The notes under the pieces are model-generated. The model did not search any database. It had not been told where the DNA came from and saw nothing but the letters and a program-made list of their open reading frames with translations. This document shows, one piece after another, positions 61,228 to 64,000 of a stretch of 64,000 nucleotides of DNA; position 1 is the first letter of the stretch; each line of letters opens with the position of its first letter. The stretch is from the human T2T-CHM13v2.0 reference genome, Homo sapiens. Position numbers and translations under genes: made by a program. The stretch is taken from NCBI GenBank assembly GCA_009914755.4, contig CP068257.2, forward strand, positions 39,136,001 through 39,200,000. Direction: 5' to 3'.

Positions 61228-62929
61228 CATTCTCATAAAGTTGAAGAAGACTTTGGAGATTACACATGGACCTGCTATTCAGTGTGGGCTGGAATTACCC
61301 CAAAGGCAAACGCCATTTGCAGATGAGCTGACACTCTCTGCTTTGTTAGGTGACATAACCCTCCTGGACCATCAGCTCCAGGCTCCTTAACCTGCGCCTA
61401 GCATCTAACTTCTACCCCAGAGACTATCCTACATGCTCACCACTGACCCATTCCCATGGTCAATCTGATTGTTCTTGAACAATCTTTGATGCCCCTCTTC
61501 ATTGGATTAGACCCTTGTCCTGACTGTTAGGGCAGGACAGGGGTCTCATCCAATGAGATGAGACCAGAGCATCCACCTAGCTCTGGCCTGTTGGGATTGA
61601 TAGCAGAAGTTCCAGGGTTCCCCAGGTCAGCACAGCCACCACCACGATAAAGGCAAGAGACAACAGCTGCCACCATGTCCCAGGACAGACTGGTAGCTCA
61701 TAAGACTGGACAAGGGGCCGTGTCTTGGTGTGAGTTCTCCAGAAGCAGATCCTAATTTGAGGAAAAGCCGATCTATAAAGAAAGTAGACAGAAGCTGTTG
61801 ACTGGGGGTGGGACTTCAAAGCAGGGATGGGAAGTGACTTCAAATAGGCATGAGAGATATTTTGGGGGTAGTTCTAAAAGGGCGATTGTTGTACAACTCT
61901 GTGAACTTGTTAAGAATCAGAGAATCATACAGTTAAAATAAGTGAATCCTACGTTATGTAAATTATCGCTCAATAAAGATGTTAAACATATAAGAATGCA
62001 TTTCAGAAGTAGGTAAGTGGCTAAGAAACTGAGCCTTGTAAACTGTCAGCCTAGACCCTGCCCTGCCTTGGACTGCAGTTGCTTCACTTGGATCTGGGTC
62101 CTCTAGGAGACGTCATGCTTCTGTCAACTGGCATTTTCATCTTTGTTATATTCATAGCAAGTCCCCTGCCTATGGTGATCATTTAACAATTATTTGCTGA
62201 ATTGAACTCTAGTGGGCAGGTGCATTTCCCAGGACATCAAAAAGATGCTTTAAAGAAAGGTTTAACAGAACGCTTCCTCCCAGATGGCCCTTGCACGTGA
62301 CTCACTCACAAGCACTAGGAAAAGGGCGATGACGTGGCTGTGAAAATGAGACAAGACATTTAGCTACAGATCCAGCAAGTCATCAGTCTTCAGGAGAAAA
62401 ATATTAGCAGTGCATTGCACGATTGCCTCCTGACTTCAGGCGAGATGGCAGTGTCGCTCCAGAAGGAACAGCCGTCCCCACCACCTGCTGCCCAGTAAGG
62501 CCAGAGGCAGCAGGCCCCTCTGTTGAAACTATGAGATTACAGCCCATGTGGCTGAACTTGCAGACAAAGAAGAGGGCTGGAGCTGCTTTTCCTTGTAGTC
62601 TAAATGTTACTGTGCATCTCCTTGTGGAACAACATTGATCAAACATAGCCTTCACCCTGATCCAAATCTGCGATTCACCCTCTCAGAAGTTCCTGAGGAG
62701 CTAGAACGTTGCACCCTCAGGTCTGTGCACAGGAAGGAGTGTGTGGTAATCTTCAGGGGGAAGAAAATTATCTTAGAAGAATGTAAATTGTTTCTACTCC
62801 AGAAATTTGCTGAAAAGGGGGAGAGAAGTCATGTAAAAAGAGATGAATTTATTAGAAGTTCTCCTTAACCCAGTAGGTCCCGAGTCTGTTCCTGGTGGGT
62901 AGTCTGGTAAACCAGGAACACAAGAAGGT

Positions 62930-63062
62930 TGGGTAGAGTGTTTAAGCTTTTGAGTCAGAGAGATCTGGGTTTGGATCCTGGCCCCATCAGTAATTAGCTG
63001 ACCCAGCTCCAACCTCCCTGGATTTCAGTTTTCTCGCTTGTCCAGCTGAGGTAATAATGAAA
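62930..63062 (+). mobile_element. MIR SINE 5' (tRNA-related) region, disrupted by the AluJ insertion
   Basis: ggttgggtagagtgtttaagcttttgagtcagagagatctgggtttggatcctggccccatcagtaattagctgacccagctccaacctccctggatttcagttttctcgcttgtccagctgaggtaataatg parallels the MIR consensus gagtcagacagacctgggttcgaatcccggctctgccacttactagctgtgtgaccttgggcaagttacttaacctctctgagcctcagtttcctcatctgtaaaatggggataataa. Confidence 0.5.
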
Positions 63063-63070
63063 ATTTTTGT

Positions 63071-63365
63071 AGCTGGATGTGGTGGCACATGCCTGTAGTC
63101 CCAGCTACCCAAGAGGCTAAGGCAGGAAGATTGCTTGAGCCTGAGAGCTCAAGACCAGTCTGGGAAACATAGCAAGACCCTATCTCTACAAAATAAAAAT
63201 TAAAAAACTATCCAGACATGGTGGTGTGTGACTGTACTCCCAGCTACTCAGGAGGCTGAGGATGGAGGATTGCTTGAGCCTTGGAGTTCAAGGCTGCAAT
63301 GAACCATGATAGTGCCACTGTACTCCAGCCTGGGGAACAGAGCAAGACCCTGTCTCTAAAAAAAA
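63071..63365 (+). mobile_element. AluJ-like SINE (old)
   Basis: agctggatgtggtggcacatgcctgtagtcccagctacccaagaggctaaggcaggaagattgcttgagcctgagagctcaagaccagtctgggaaacatagcaagaccctatctctacaaaataaaaattaaaaaactatccagacatggtggtgtgtgactgtactcccagctactcaggaggctgagg ... gcaagaccctgtctctaaaaaaaa. Confidence 0.85.
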
Positions 63366-64000
63366 TGCTATAGTTATAAAAATAATTTTTTTCACTTGGG
63401 GTCATTGTATGTTTGCAATGAGAGGCTACACCATGATGGGGACATTGTATAGGAGATACTCAGTGAAGGGCTATTGAAACCCCAGATAGGAATATTTCAT
63501 TCAGTTAAATTAATGGAGGCCCTGGCACAGACTGTCATTAAATAATATGGGAAGGCTCAGTGTGTCCCTAGTCAGGGTTTCTCACATCCTTTCCAGTGGG
63601 CTTCTGCCAGAGAAGACAGAGAGTCCAATGTCATCACTTTCATGCTACAGCGTGCAGAGTCAAGGAGCAAGAAACAGAGCCTCCATGTGATATTTAAATA
63701 CAAACAGACTTTTCGAGGGTGTTATATATTAGCCAGAACCCCCAAATTAGTATTTGTGGCTCTGCATTTCAAACATTAATTCAAATGATTGCTTCCTTTT
63801 TAAGCTTTTACCTGTTGAGATTAAATCCTGAATTGACTCAGTCAAGTACCTGATAACCTACCAAATACTTGATGCTTGTTGAATTTTAATTGATTTAATT
63901 ATTCTTACAAGTTCACCAACATGAATTCTGGAAAAGAAAGTGTGTTCTAAAGAGTTTTAACGTTCACCCATCAATGGGCGCACGTGGAGTCAGATTCTTT

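Noticed and set aside
62930-63062. tRNA-like sequence
   Set aside because: It is the tRNA-derived head of a MIR SINE (gagtcagagagatctgggtttggatcctggccc), diverged and truncated by an AluJ. It is not a tRNA gene.

Overview
This window reads as primate, almost certainly human, nuclear DNA. It is not a prokaryotic locus, and I find no gene cassette, defence system, CRISPR array or supported protein-coding gene. The call rests on what the sequence shows directly. There are about 27 Alu SINEs in both orientations, many with poly-A tails and target-site duplications (TSDs). There are three LINE-1 pieces. One is an old L1 3' end at 1-2330. One is a 3.36-kb 5'-truncated L1PA at 14221-17580 with a 16-bp TSD. 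One is a 0.45-kb L1 3'UTR fragment at 59121-59569. Several ERVL-MaLR LTRs of THE1/MST type are present, including an LTR-internal-LTR MaLR element at 52358-55364 that carries a twin-Alu insertion. MIR fragments and many microsatellites are present, several of them born from Alu or L1 A-tails. Base composition is AT-rich with strong CpG depletion. Every ORF in the six-frame track that I could assign falls into one of three classes. Some are L1 ORF2 remnants with reverse-transcriptase or C-terminal motifs, interrupted by stops. Others are translations of Alu or simple-repeat sequence. The rest are short, low-complexity frames in unique DNA with no coding support. The most interesting non-canonical signals are structural. 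A recent, roughly 345-bp tandem duplication at 46983-47669 is about 97% identical between copies. A 150-bp inverted-repeat pair with 11-13 bp subrepeats flanks about 1 kb at 27518-28855 and may be a non-autonomous DNA transposon or palindrome. There are 64-bp and 45-bp local tandem repeats, dispersed paralogous 140-180 bp segments, three-level nested insertions, and a few short CpG-retaining unique segments that could be regulatory or non-coding exon candidates. Family and subfamily names for the old LTR-type repeats are from memory of consensus sequences and are only approximate.
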